A DNA stretch of 20,122 bases from positions 1 to 20,122 of the forward strand of contig JBDREN010000149.1 of NCBI GenBank assembly GCA_043819795.1, read 5' to 3'. Of this stretch, positions 1 to 7,761 are shown in pieces. The stretch comes from Elusimicrobiota bacterium (GTDB lineage Bacteria > Elusimicrobiota > Elusimicrobia > UBA1565). A program made the position numbers and the translations under genes. Numbering within the stretch: position 1 is the stretch's first letter; the number at the start of each line of letters is the position of its first letter. The notes beneath the pieces were generated by a model. The model was not told where the DNA came from and searched no databases. It saw only the letters and a program-made list of their open reading frames with translations.

Positions 1-420
1 AACATCCGCACCCGCCCGCCGTCCGGGAAGCTGCCCAAGGTCGCCGGCAGGGTCACCTCGCCCACCGCCGGGTAGTCGATGCGGGCCCAGTCAGCTGCGA
101 CCGGATCGCCGTTTCCGTCCACCAGCTCGACCGTCAATAGAGTGCTGTTCGCGAATACGAAGCGAACCGTGCTCTGCCCCGGCGTGGGGACAGTTCCCGT
201 GATCTGCCCGGTCCCCAGGTCGACGAGGTTCGTCACATCGGCGGCAAAGGATTTATCAAGACCGAACGTCACCCCTCCGATGCTCATGAACATGCGCAGG
301 CGCCCGCCGTCGGGGAAGCTGTCCAGTGTCGCGGGCAACGTCACCTCCCCCACACCCGGGATGTCGATGCGCGCCCAATCAGCGGCGACCGGGTCGCCAT
401 TCTCATCCACGAGCTCGATC
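1..420 (-). repeat. Second intragenic repeat, 288-bp (96-aa) period
   Basis: Positions 289-420 encode ELVDENGDPVAADWARIDIPGVGEVTLPATLDSFPDGGRLRM. Positions 1-132 encode ELVDGNGDPVAADWARIDYPAVGEVTLPATLGSFPDGGRVRM. Confidence 0.88.
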
Positions 421-2393
421 AAAGGCCCCGGGGTGAAGGCGGATACGGTCAGGAACGGATCGGCGTCCACGTTCCCGGTGACGCGGTCGCCGCTGCCGGC
501 CGGGGCCGGGCCGTCGGCGGAGCCCCAGTAGTTGTTCTCAGCGTTCACGAGGGGCGTCTCGCTGTTGTACAGCCCGTTGCTCGAGTTGCCCACGATATCC
601 GAGTGGTGGATGGCCAGCCCGGAGCTGCCGTTCGTAGACCGGATCCCCGTGACGTTGCCCGAGACCAGGTTCCGCTCCGCGAGCGCCCCCGCCAGCACGT
701 TGAGGTAGAGCCCGATCCCGCAGCCCTCGATCGTATTGTCGTGGATCTGGGCGTCGCTGCCGTTCACATGCAGGCCCACTTCGCTCCCGTTCCGGACGAC
801 GTTGCGGAAGGCCTTCGACTCCGGCCCCCGCAGATCCATGCCCCAAAACGCGTTCTCCACCAGCGAGTCCTGGATCACGTCGCGCTCGCCGATGAGCTGG
901 ATCCCGTACTGCCGGTTCGACGCCGTCGCGCTGTCCACCAGCACGTCGAACGCGCTCCGCCACAGCCGGATCCCCATCCCTTCGGTCGTCCCCGCGGGGC
1001 CCGAGGCGTCCACGTCTCGAATCGTGACGCGCTCCACGGTCGTCCCCAGGATGCCGTTGGCCGGGTTGTCCAGACGCATGCCCTCCAAAAGGATGTCGCT
1101 CGCGCTGCCCAGGAGGATGCCCGTATCCGAGCCCGAAACGTCGTTGCCGTCCGCACCCGTCACCGTCACGCTGCTGGCGATGTGCAGGTGCAGCCCCGTC
1201 GTCGAGCTGTCGACCCGGTTGCCCAGGATGCGCGTGCGCGCCCCCTGGCAGCGCACCCCGGTCCCCGACGCCTCCACCAGGTTCCCCCGCACCAGCCCGT
1301 CATCGCCGCTGGTGAATATCCCGACCTCGGCCGCGTTGCGGACCGTATTGTTGAGCGCCTTGAGATTCACCCCGCGCACGTCCATCCCCGTGACCGCGTT
1401 CTCCACCAGCGAGTCCTGGATCACGTCGCGCTCGCCGATGAGCTGGATGCCGATCTCGCGGTTGGACGCCGTCGCGCTGTCCACCAGCACGTCCAGCGCG
1501 CTCAGCCACAGCCGGATCCCCATCCCCGCCGTCGCGCCCGCGGCGCCCGAGGCGTCCACGTCCTGGATCGTAACGCGCTCCACCCCCGTCCCCAGGATGC
1601 CGTTGGCGGGGTTGTCCAGGCGCATATTCTCCAGAAAGATGTCGCTCGCGTTGCCCAGCAGGATGCCCGTATCGGAGCCCGAAACATCGTTGCCGTCCGC
1701 CCCCTTCACGCTCACGTTGGTGGCGTAGTGCAGGAACAGCCCCGTCGTCGAGCTGGCGACCCGGTTGCCCAGGATGCTCGTGCGCGCGCCCTGGCAGCGA
1801 ACGCCGTAACCCGACCCCTCCACCGTGTTGCCCTGCACCAGCCCGTCGTCGCCACTCGTGAAGATTCCGTCCTCGGTCGCGTTGCGGACGGTGTTGTTGA
1901 GCGCCTTGAGACTCACCCCTCGCAGGTCGATCCCCGTGACCGCGTTCTCCACCAGCGAGTTCTGGACCGTATTTCCGTCGCCGCTCAGGAACAAGCCCGT
2001 CTGGCGGTCGGACGCCGTAACCCCGTCGATCAGGAGGCGGTTGCCCGCGTTGAGGTGGATGCCGTAGGCCGAGTTCGTTCCCACGGGGCCCGATACGTCG
2101 AGGTTCCGGATCGTCACGTCGTCGCGGCCGCTGCCGCTGACGGCCGTGCCGGGCGTGAGGATGCGATGTCCGTTGCCGTCAAGCGTGATGCCCGCGGCCC
2201 CGATGATCAGCCCGTTGCCGGTCGCGGTGCAGTCCAGGTCCGCGGTGAGCGTGGTATCGGCGGTGATCGTGTCGCCGCAGCTCAAGGGTGGCGGGCTCTG
2301 AGCCCAGGCCCCCGAAGCGCCGAGAACGCCGCTTAGGAGCAACGCGCGGGAAAGCCGCGTGAATGTGCGTGGAAAAGTGCCCTGGTTATCCAT
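1..2393 (-). CDS. Large secreted right-handed parallel beta-helix repeat protein (NosD/pectin-lyase-like fold) with C-terminal repeated domains; truncated by the window edge
   Basis: Manual translation from ATG at 2393 (GGAG upstream) is open to position 3, at least 797 codons. It begins MDNQGTFPRTFTRLSRALLLSGVLGASGAWA/QSPPPLSCGDTITADTTLTADLDC...GLIIGAAGITLDGNGH, i.e. a signal peptide plus a typical beta-helix N-cap. It has repeated G-I-x-L and N-T-V turns and a closing NAENNYWG motif. The ORF track lacks it because it has no stop in the window. Confidence 0.9.
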   Translation of the reverse strand, partial: MDNQGTFPRTFTRLSRALLLSGVLGASGAWAQSPPPLSCGDTITADTTLTADLDCTATGNGLIIGAAGITLDGNGHRILTPGTAVSGSGRDDVTIRNLDVSGPVGTNSAYGIHLNAGNRLLIDGVTASDRQTGLFLSGDGNTVQNSLVENAVTGIDLRGVSLKALNNTVRNATEDGIFTSGDDGLVQGNTVEGSGYGVRCQGARTSILGNRVASSTTGLFLHYATNVSVKGADGNDVSGSDTGILLGNASDIFLENMRLDNPANGILGTGVERVTIQDVDASGAAGATAGMGIRLWLSALDVLVDSATASNREIGIQLIGERDVIQDSLVENAVTGMDVRGVNLKALNNTVRNAAEVGIFTSGDDGLVRGNLVEASGTGVRCQGARTRILGNRVDSSTTGLHLHIASSVTVTGADGNDVSGSDTGILLGSASDILLEGMRLDNPANGILGTTVERVTIRDVDASGPAGTTEGMGIRLWRSAFDVLVDSATASNRQYGIQLIGERDVIQDSLVENAFWGMDLRGPESKAFRNVVRNGSEVGLHVNGSDAQIHDNTIEGCGIGLYLNVLAGALAERNLVSGNVTGIRSTNGSSGLAIHHSDIVGNSSNGLYNSETPLVNAENNYWGSADGPAPAGSGDRVTGNVDADPFLTVSAFTPGPLIELVDENGDPVAADWARIDIPGVGEVTLPATLDSFPDGGRLRMFMSIGGVTFGLDKSFAADVTNLVDLGTGQITGTVPTPGQSTVRFVFANSTLLTVELVDGNGDPVAADWARIDYPAVGEVTLPATLGSFPDGGRVRM
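849..1960 (-). repeat. Intragenic tandem duplication, 546-bp (182-aa) period
   Basis: CGCGTTCTCCACCAGCGAGT occurs at 849, 1395 and 1941. Units 849-1394 and 1395-1940 are visibly near-identical; both encode GADGNDVSGSDTGILLG and RLDNPANGILGT. Confidence 0.92.
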
Positions 2394-2678
2394 GGTTCTT
2401 TCTCCGTGGCCGGCCGCCGGCCGGATTATGCACTAAGGTTACCCTGCGAAGCGCTGATTATTCAAGGACAAGTCGCTGACAAACACTAAAAAATACCGCT
2501 TTCCCTGCAAGCACATTTTTTATTGGTCAGGTCAACGAATCTACCAGAAGGCTCATGAATGAATACGGCGACCTGGAAATACAAAAAGAATCGCCCATTA
2601 TCGACCGACCGCGTGACGGGAAACAGTGATCGCCATACGCTCTATCCGGCCGCACGCGGGAATGATGGGCGGAAGCGT

Positions 2679-4094
2679 CTAATCAGACGCGTTCTTGGCC
2701 CGCTTGAGCGCCGCGAGCATCTCCGTAACCCGCGAGAACTTCTCGCGCACCTTGCCTTTGGCCTTGCCGCGCTCGATCTCCAGGCGGTCGAGCACCTTCC
2801 AGTCCTGGAAGCTCACGAGTTCGGGCTGCCTCGAGCGCAGCATCTTCTCGGCTGCCTCGGGCGTCCTGTCGGGATCGCAAGGGGCCTCTTTGCGGCGAAC
2901 GTCCTCCAAAAGGGCTTTCACCGTGGCCACGGAGCAGGCGCGGTTGGTGCCCACCAGGCCGGAAGGACCGCGTTTCGCCCAGCCCACCACGTACTGGCAG
3001 GGGAGCCTCTTGCCCTCTTCGTCCAGGACGCGCCCGCCGTCATTGGGGATGATCCCCGCTTTTCTATGGAACGGAACACCGGGAACGGGCACGCCGTGGT
3101 AGCCCACCGAGCGCAGGATCAACCCGACGGGCAAAGTCTCGAAGCGTCCCGTGCCCCGAGGATGGATGCGTCCCCGCTCGTCCTCATAGAGCTCGTTTTG
3201 CTCGATACGGACCGCCGCGACACGGCCGTCCTCTCCCACGATCTCCACGGGCGACACGCGCAGGCGCAGGCGGACCTTACGGGGCCGGCTTCCCTCGCCT
3301 TTCTTGGACCGGGCCAGCAGGTATTCGACGATCTTCTTCTGGCCTACGTCCGACTCCTTCTCGTAGGCCGCCCGCGAGACAGGATCGAGCTCGGCCTCCT
3401 CCGGACGCACCACCAAGTCCGCGCCGGGCAGAGCGCCCATCTCCTCGATCTCGGGCGGGCTGAATGCGGCCTGGGCCGGGCCGCGCCGTCCCAAGAGATA
3501 CACCTGCCGGATCCGGCTGCGGCGCAGGGCATCGAGCGCGTAGTCCGCGATGTCGGTGCCGGCCAGGGCCTCGGGGTCTTTGGCGAGGATGCGGGCCACG
3601 TCCAGGGCCACGTTCCCGATCCCCACCACGGCCGCGGCCTCGCAGGAAAGGTCGAAGCTTCGTTCGCGGTAGTCCGGATGCCCGTTGTACCAGCCCACGA
3701 ACTCGGTGGCCGCCCAGCTTCCAGGCAGGTCCTCGCCCGGGATTCCCATCTTCCGGTCGCCTTCGCTGCCCACCGCGTAAATGACGCAGTCGTAGTGCCT
3801 CCGCAGGTCCTGGACCTGCACGTGGGTGCCCAAACGGATGTGGCCGAAGAACTGGAAGCGCGGGTCCGAGGCGATTCGCTCGTAGATCGCGGTGACCCGC
3901 TTGATTTTATGGTGGTCGGGGGCCACGCCCCCGCGGACCAGCCCGTAGGGGGTCGGCAGCCGGTCGAGCATGTCCACCCGCACCGCGAGGCCGCATTGGA
4001 GCAACGCCTCCGCCGCGTAGAAACCCGCCGGACCCGAGCCGACGATGACCGCCCGCAGGGGACGCTCTGGGACGCCAAGGCGCCTCTTCTCCAT
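2679..4094 (-). CDS. fprA: Ferredoxin-NADP+ reductase, FprA/adrenodoxin-reductase type (FAD-dependent oxidoreductase)
   Basis: FAD motif VIVGSGPAGFYAA, PTPYGLVRGGVAPDH, NADPH motif VVGIGNVALDVAR, GRRGPAQAAF and GWAKRGPSGLVG. The true start is likely the ATG at 4094 (471 aa), not the 700-aa ORF-track start. Confidence 0.92.
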   Translation of the reverse strand: MEKRRLGVPERPLRAVIVGSGPAGFYAAEALLQCGLAVRVDMLDRLPTPYGLVRGGVAPDHHKIKRVTAIYERIASDPRFQFFGHIRLGTHVQVQDLRRHYDCVIYAVGSEGDRKMGIPGEDLPGSWAATEFVGWYNGHPDYRERSFDLSCEAAAVVGIGNVALDVARILAKDPEALAGTDIADYALDALRRSRIRQVYLLGRRGPAQAAFSPPEIEEMGALPGADLVVRPEEAELDPVSRAAYEKESDVGQKKIVEYLLARSKKGEGSRPRKVRLRLRVSPVEIVGEDGRVAAVRIEQNELYEDERGRIHPRGTGRFETLPVGLILRSVGYHGVPVPGVPFHRKAGIIPNDGGRVLDEEGKRLPCQYVVGWAKRGPSGLVGTNRACSVATVKALLEDVRRKEAPCDPDRTPEAAEKMLRSRQPELVSFQDWKVLDRLEIERGKAKGKVREKFSRVTEMLAALKRAKNASD

Positions 4095-4107
4095 ACCCGG
4101 TAGCATA
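4095..4107 (-). promoter_or_regulatory. Putative -10 element for a leaderless reductase mRNA
   Basis: Minus-strand TATGCT (4107-4102) lies 7 nt before ATG 4094, and no Shine-Dalgarno is visible. Confidence 0.45.
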
Positions 4108-4177
4108 GCGGAACTGGGCGGGCCGCGCCAGAGCCATTTATGTCGGACGCCCTGAGTATGCGAGAAAAATCGGGAGC

Positions 4178-4206
4178 TTGACACGCGCGGCGGGCAATTG
4201 TATAAG
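4178..4206 (+). promoter_or_regulatory. Sigma70-type promoter of the metal-uptake operon
   Basis: TTGACA (4178-4183), a 17-bp spacer and TATAAG (4201-4206), 26 nt before ATG 4233. Confidence 0.8.
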
Positions 4207-4232
4207 CAAGAGGAATACGGGGCATTTTGGAC

Positions 4233-4526
4233 ATGAGGAAGAACCGAAGCGCGTGGGTGAGGCTGGCGGCCGCGGGGCTCGCGCTTTCCTTCGCATATCT
4301 GTACGCGGTGGTCCTTCCGAGCCATCGTCATGCCGATGGCCGGGTCCATGAAGATTGCGTCAGCTGTATCACGGCGGCGCAAGACCTCCAGGCTCCCGCC
4401 ACCGGCGGGACGCTTCCCGAACCGGGACTCCGCCCGGTCGGAGAGACGCCCGCCTTCCGCATCTCGCCCGTCTTGCGGAGGGTCTTCGCCTTCTTCCGCC
4501 TGCGCGCCCCTCCCCTCTTGGGCTAG
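4233..4526 (+). CDS. DUF2946-like small leader protein with a membrane/signal segment, a His/Cys metal motif and a C-terminal RAPP (putative ribosome-arrest peptide)
   Basis: 97 aa: basic N-terminus, hydrophobic LAAAGLALSFAYLYAVVLP, HRHADGRVHEDCVSC, a Pro-rich spacer, then FFRLRAPPLLG*. It is the first gene of a metal transporter operon. Confidence 0.8.
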   Translation: MRKNRSAWVRLAAAGLALSFAYLYAVVLPSHRHADGRVHEDCVSCITAAQDLQAPATGGTLPEPGLRPVGETPAFRISPVLRRVFAFFRLRAPPLLG

Positions 4527-4596
4527 CGGCCGTCCCTCGCTGTAAACAGACGGACAGAGACACCCGCTCCGCGGGTCCCCGACCGATACCAAGAGG
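4514..4596 (+). promoter_or_regulatory. Predicted anti-SD/SD stem sequestering the RBS of the barrel gene
   Basis: CCTCTTGG (4514-4521) is the exact reverse complement of CCAAGAGG (4589-4596), which contains the AAGAGG SD 6 nt before ATG 4603. A small hairpin (ACCCGC-TCC-GCGGGT, 4562-4576) lies between the arms. Confidence 0.6.
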
Positions 4597-4602
4597 TTCC
4601 GC

Positions 4603-5850
4603 ATGATGAAACCATTCGCGAAAAGCGTTCTACTTTTCGGCCTATGCTCGATGATGCCGGCCGCCGTGATCCGAGCCCAAGAGCCGGAGTCCGCCGAGCT
4701 CGAGGCGCTTCGGCGCCGTGCCCGGTCCGAAGCCTCCCAGGAGGAGGCGCGCGAGGAAGTCGAGCAGCTCCCCGTATTCAAGTCCGGAGCCGTGGGGCTT
4801 CAGGCGCTCAACCCGGAGATCAGCGTCACCGGGGACATGTGGGCCCAGTACAAAGACGACCAATCCACGGGCGACACGCACAGGAAGTTCAACTTCCGCG
4901 GCCTGGGGCTGCACATCGAGTCCTACCTGGACCCCTACACTCGGTTCAAGACGGCGATCGGGTTCAATGGGAACGGCGCCGAGTTCGAGGAGGCCTATTT
5001 CATCCGCTACGGGCTGCTGCCGGACGTCAACCTCATGGCCGGCAAATTCCGGCAGCAGTTCGGCGTGGTGAACCGCTGGCACAAGCACGGCCTCGACCAG
5101 TTCGACCACCCCCTGGCTCTGCGGCGGATATTCGGCGACGAGGGGCTCAACCAAATCGGGGCCTCCTTCGAGTGGGCCATGCCCGAGCTCGGGGCGGCCT
5201 CCCAGCAGCTCGACATCCAGACGACGAACGGCACGAACGCGTCGCTGTTCTCCGAGAACAACCGGGAGAAGCCGTCCATCCTCGCGCGCTACAAGAACTA
5301 CCGCGACCTCACGGACGCCACCTACCTGGAGATGGGCCTGAGCGGCCTGGTGGGCTGGAACGACCGATGGACCCTGGCCAGCGGCGCAAAGGTGAACGGC
5401 ACGCGGGCTACCGGCGTCTACGGGGCCGACCTGACGCTCTTCTGGGAGCCCACCGGACGCATGCGCTACCGCGACTTCCTCTGGCGGACCGAGGGCTATG
5501 TGATGACCCGGAGCATCCAGGCCCCGGACGGGTCCGGGCAGGACACCATCAACGCCTGGGGCATGTACTCCAATATCCAGACCAAGGTCTCCCGGACGGT
5601 GGAGGTCGGCCTGCGGGGCGACTTCTACCGCCCGGACACGAAGGCCTATTCGTCCGGGAACCACGCGGTGACGAGGCCCAACCCCTATCAATGGCAGGCG
5701 GGCCCCTACCTCACCTGGCACCAGAGCCCGTTCATCCGTTTCCGCATCGAGTACGACCACCTCGCGGTGAGAGGTCTCGGCGCGCGCGAGGACGTCGTCA
5801 TCGGGCAGGCGATCTTCTCCGCCGGCCCGCACAAGCACGATCGGTATTGA
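4603..5850 (+). CDS. Outer-membrane beta-barrel/porin-like protein associated with metal (Zn-type) uptake
   Basis: Signal peptide (..AVIRA/QEP), a short coiled segment, QALNPEISVTGD, amphipathic beta-strands, His motifs WHKHGLDQFDHP and C-terminal GPHKHDRY with a terminal aromatic residue. It lies directly upstream of a metal-binding protein gene. Confidence 0.72.
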   Translation: MMKPFAKSVLLFGLCSMMPAAVIRAQEPESAELEALRRRARSEASQEEAREEVEQLPVFKSGAVGLQALNPEISVTGDMWAQYKDDQSTGDTHRKFNFRGLGLHIESYLDPYTRFKTAIGFNGNGAEFEEAYFIRYGLLPDVNLMAGKFRQQFGVVNRWHKHGLDQFDHPLALRRIFGDEGLNQIGASFEWAMPELGAASQQLDIQTTNGTNASLFSENNREKPSILARYKNYRDLTDATYLEMGLSGLVGWNDRWTLASGAKVNGTRATGVYGADLTLFWEPTGRMRYRDFLWRTEGYVMTRSIQAPDGSGQDTINAWGMYSNIQTKVSRTVEVGLRGDFYRPDTKAYSSGNHAVTRPNPYQWQAGPYLTWHQSPFIRFRIEYDHLAVRGLGAREDVVIGQAIFSAGPHKHDRY

Positions 5851-5878
5851 TCCTCGTTTTCCCGAAGGAGGCACGCAG

Positions 5879-6931
5879 ATGAGACTAAGCAGACCGATCT
5901 CGACGCTCCTGGCCCTCGGCATCCTCGCCGCGGCGGCCGGCCCGGCCGCGGCGCGGCTGCGGGTGGTCACGACCCTCCCGGACTACGCCGACTTCGTCAA
6001 GCGCATCGGAGGCGACCGCGTCTCGGTCGAGCATATCGTGCTGGGCGACCAGGACGCGCACTTCATCCGGCCCAAGCCGTCGTTCGTTAACCTGGTCCGA
6101 AAGGCCGACGTCCTCGTGGAGACCGGGCTCGACCTGGAACTGTGGCTTCCCACCGTGGTGGACCGGTCCGGCAACACGCGGGTCCGCAGCGGGCAGGAGG
6201 GCTACGTCTCCGCGGCGCAGGGGATGCCCCTCCTGGAGAAGCCCGGCGTCATGTCCCGCAGCGAGGGCGGCGTGCACATCTACGGCAATACCCACGTGAC
6301 CTGCAGCCCGCTGCAGATGCGTATCGCGGCGCGCAACATCGCCAACGGCCTGATCAAGAACGACCCAGAGGGCAAGACGGCCTACCTTGAGAACCTGAAA
6401 GCGCTGGAGGACGAGCTCGACAGGCGCATCTTCGGCGCGGAGCTGGTCCGGCTCCTGGGCGGCGAGACCCTCGCGGACCTGGCCCAGAAAGGGCGGGTCG
6501 TGGCCTTCCTTGAAGAGAACGAGTACAAAGGCGCACCCATGATCGAGCGGCTCGGCGGGTGGATGAAGGAGATGCTTCCCCTGCGCGGGGCATCCATCGT
6601 GAGCTACCACAAGAACTGGGTCTACTTCCTGAGCCTTTTCGGCCTCAACGAGGCGGGGACGATCGAGCCCAAGCCAGGCATCCCCCCGTCTCCCAAGCAC
6701 GTGACCCGGCTCGTGGAGCTCATGCGCGAACGCGGAATACGCATCATCCTGGCCGCCAATTACTTCGACAAACAGCATGTGCGGACCGTGGCGGCCAAGG
6801 TCGGCGCGGAGCCGGTGATCGTGCCCTTGTACGTTGGAGGCGCGCCCGGAGCGGATGATTACTTCCAGCTCGTCGACCACTGGGTGGCTTCGCTGCTCAA
6901 GGCCGCCCGGAAGGTCGAAGTCGCGCGATAG
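5879..6931 (+). CDS. Metal ABC transporter substrate-binding protein (ZnuA/TroA/PsaA cluster A-I family)
   Basis: Signal peptide, LRVVTTLPDY, GDQDAHFIRPKP, GLDLELWL, GGVHIYGNTH, SYHKNWVYF and IEPKPGIPPSPKH. A GGAGG RBS precedes it. Confidence 0.92.
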   Translation: MRLSRPISTLLALGILAAAAGPAAARLRVVTTLPDYADFVKRIGGDRVSVEHIVLGDQDAHFIRPKPSFVNLVRKADVLVETGLDLELWLPTVVDRSGNTRVRSGQEGYVSAAQGMPLLEKPGVMSRSEGGVHIYGNTHVTCSPLQMRIAARNIANGLIKNDPEGKTAYLENLKALEDELDRRIFGAELVRLLGGETLADLAQKGRVVAFLEENEYKGAPMIERLGGWMKEMLPLRGASIVSYHKNWVYFLSLFGLNEAGTIEPKPGIPPSPKHVTRLVELMRERGIRIILAANYFDKQHVRTVAAKVGAEPVIVPLYVGGAPGADDYFQLVDHWVASLLKAARKVEVAR

Positions 6932-6942
6932 GAGGAGGCGGA

Positions 6943-7761
6943 TTGCCCGAAGTCGTCACGTTCTTTCTGGCCCAGCTGTCGCTCTTGGCGGTGGTTCTGG
7001 TGCTCCATACCTATATGGGGCTGCACATCATCCGCCGGGGCCTGATCTTCTGCGACTTGGCCCTGGACCAGCTGGCGGCCCTGGGAGCCATCGTCGGGCT
7101 GGGCCTGGGGGTCGAGTACGGCTCCGCGGGGTCCTACCTGCTCTCTTTGGCGGCCGTGACGGTGGGCGCGGCGCTCCTGGCCGTGGTCAAGCCCAAGAGC
7201 CGCCTCATCCCGCGCGAAGCGGTGATCGGCATCCTCTACGGCTTGGCCCTGGCGGCCTCGCTCATGACCACAGACAAGCTCTCGCGAGGGGCGGACTACC
7301 TCACCAAGACCCTGACCGGTTCGCTCCTGTGGGTCACCTGGCCGCTCATCGTGACCACGGCGGTCGTCTACGCGGGCCTCATCGTGTTCCACTTCGTGTA
7401 CCGCGAGAGGTTCGTGAGCCTGGCCGAAGAGCCCGGCAAGCTGAAGCGGGAAGAGCTATGGGACTTCCTGTTCTTCGCCTCCCAGGGCGTCATCACGATC
7501 CTCATCGTGCCCATCGCGGGGGTCCTTCTGGCCTTCGGTTTCCTCATGATCCCGGCGGCCATGGCTACCATGTTCACGCGCGGCTGGGTCCGCGGGACGG
7601 TCCTAGGCTGGTCGCTGGGCTTCGTGGCCTGCGTGCTCGGCGTGACGGCCTCATATCTACTGAACTGGCCCTACGGGCCCACGCTGCTGCTCTCGCTGGG
7701 CCTGTTCTTCTTCTGCGCCTTGGCCCTGCGCGCCCTGCTCCCGACGGGAGGCTCCGCATGA
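6943..7761 (+). CDS. Metal ABC transporter permease (ZnuB/ABC-3 family), subunit 1
   Basis: TTG start after GGAGGAGG. Motifs GLHIIRRGLIFCDLALDQLAALG, EAVIGILY and GVLLAFGFLMIPA; highly hydrophobic. Confidence 0.88.
   Translation: MPEVVTFFLAQLSLLAVVLVLHTYMGLHIIRRGLIFCDLALDQLAALGAIVGLGLGVEYGSAGSYLLSLAAVTVGAALLAVVKPKSRLIPREAVIGILYGLALAASLMTTDKLSRGADYLTKTLTGSLLWVTWPLIVTTAVVYAGLIVFHFVYRERFVSLAEEPGKLKREELWDFLFFASQGVITILIVPIAGVLLAFGFLMIPAAMATMFTRGWVRGTVLGWSLGFVACVLGVTASYLLNWPYGPTLLLSLGLFFFCALALRALLPTGGSA

Noticed and set aside
849..1960. Repeats as a CRISPR array or a DGR template/variable pair
   Set aside because: They are in-frame coding duplications without spacers. Differences are not confined to adenines, and no cas or reverse transcriptase gene is in the window.
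79..2336. Plus-strand ORFs of 150, 577 and 330 aa
   Set aside because: They are antisense shadows of the real minus-strand beta-helix gene, and their repeats simply mirror its repeats.
2540..2678. Riboswitch or ncRNA upstream of the beta-helix gene
   Set aside because: Only short GGCGA/TCGCC complementarity is present, with no recognisable aptamer consensus.
4192..4210. GCAATTGTATAAGCAA as a Zur/Fur box over the -10
   Set aside because: The dyad symmetry is poor, so it cannot be supported without comparative data.
4095..4781. N-terminal extension that makes the reductase ORF 700 aa
   Set aside because: It overlaps the promoter, the RAPP leader and the porin start on the opposite strand. 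Homology begins at MEKRRLG (4094).
6834..7757. N-terminal half of the 582-aa ORF 6834-8582
   Set aside because: It is off-frame read-through across permease 1. The true start is ATG 7758, in an ATGA overlap.
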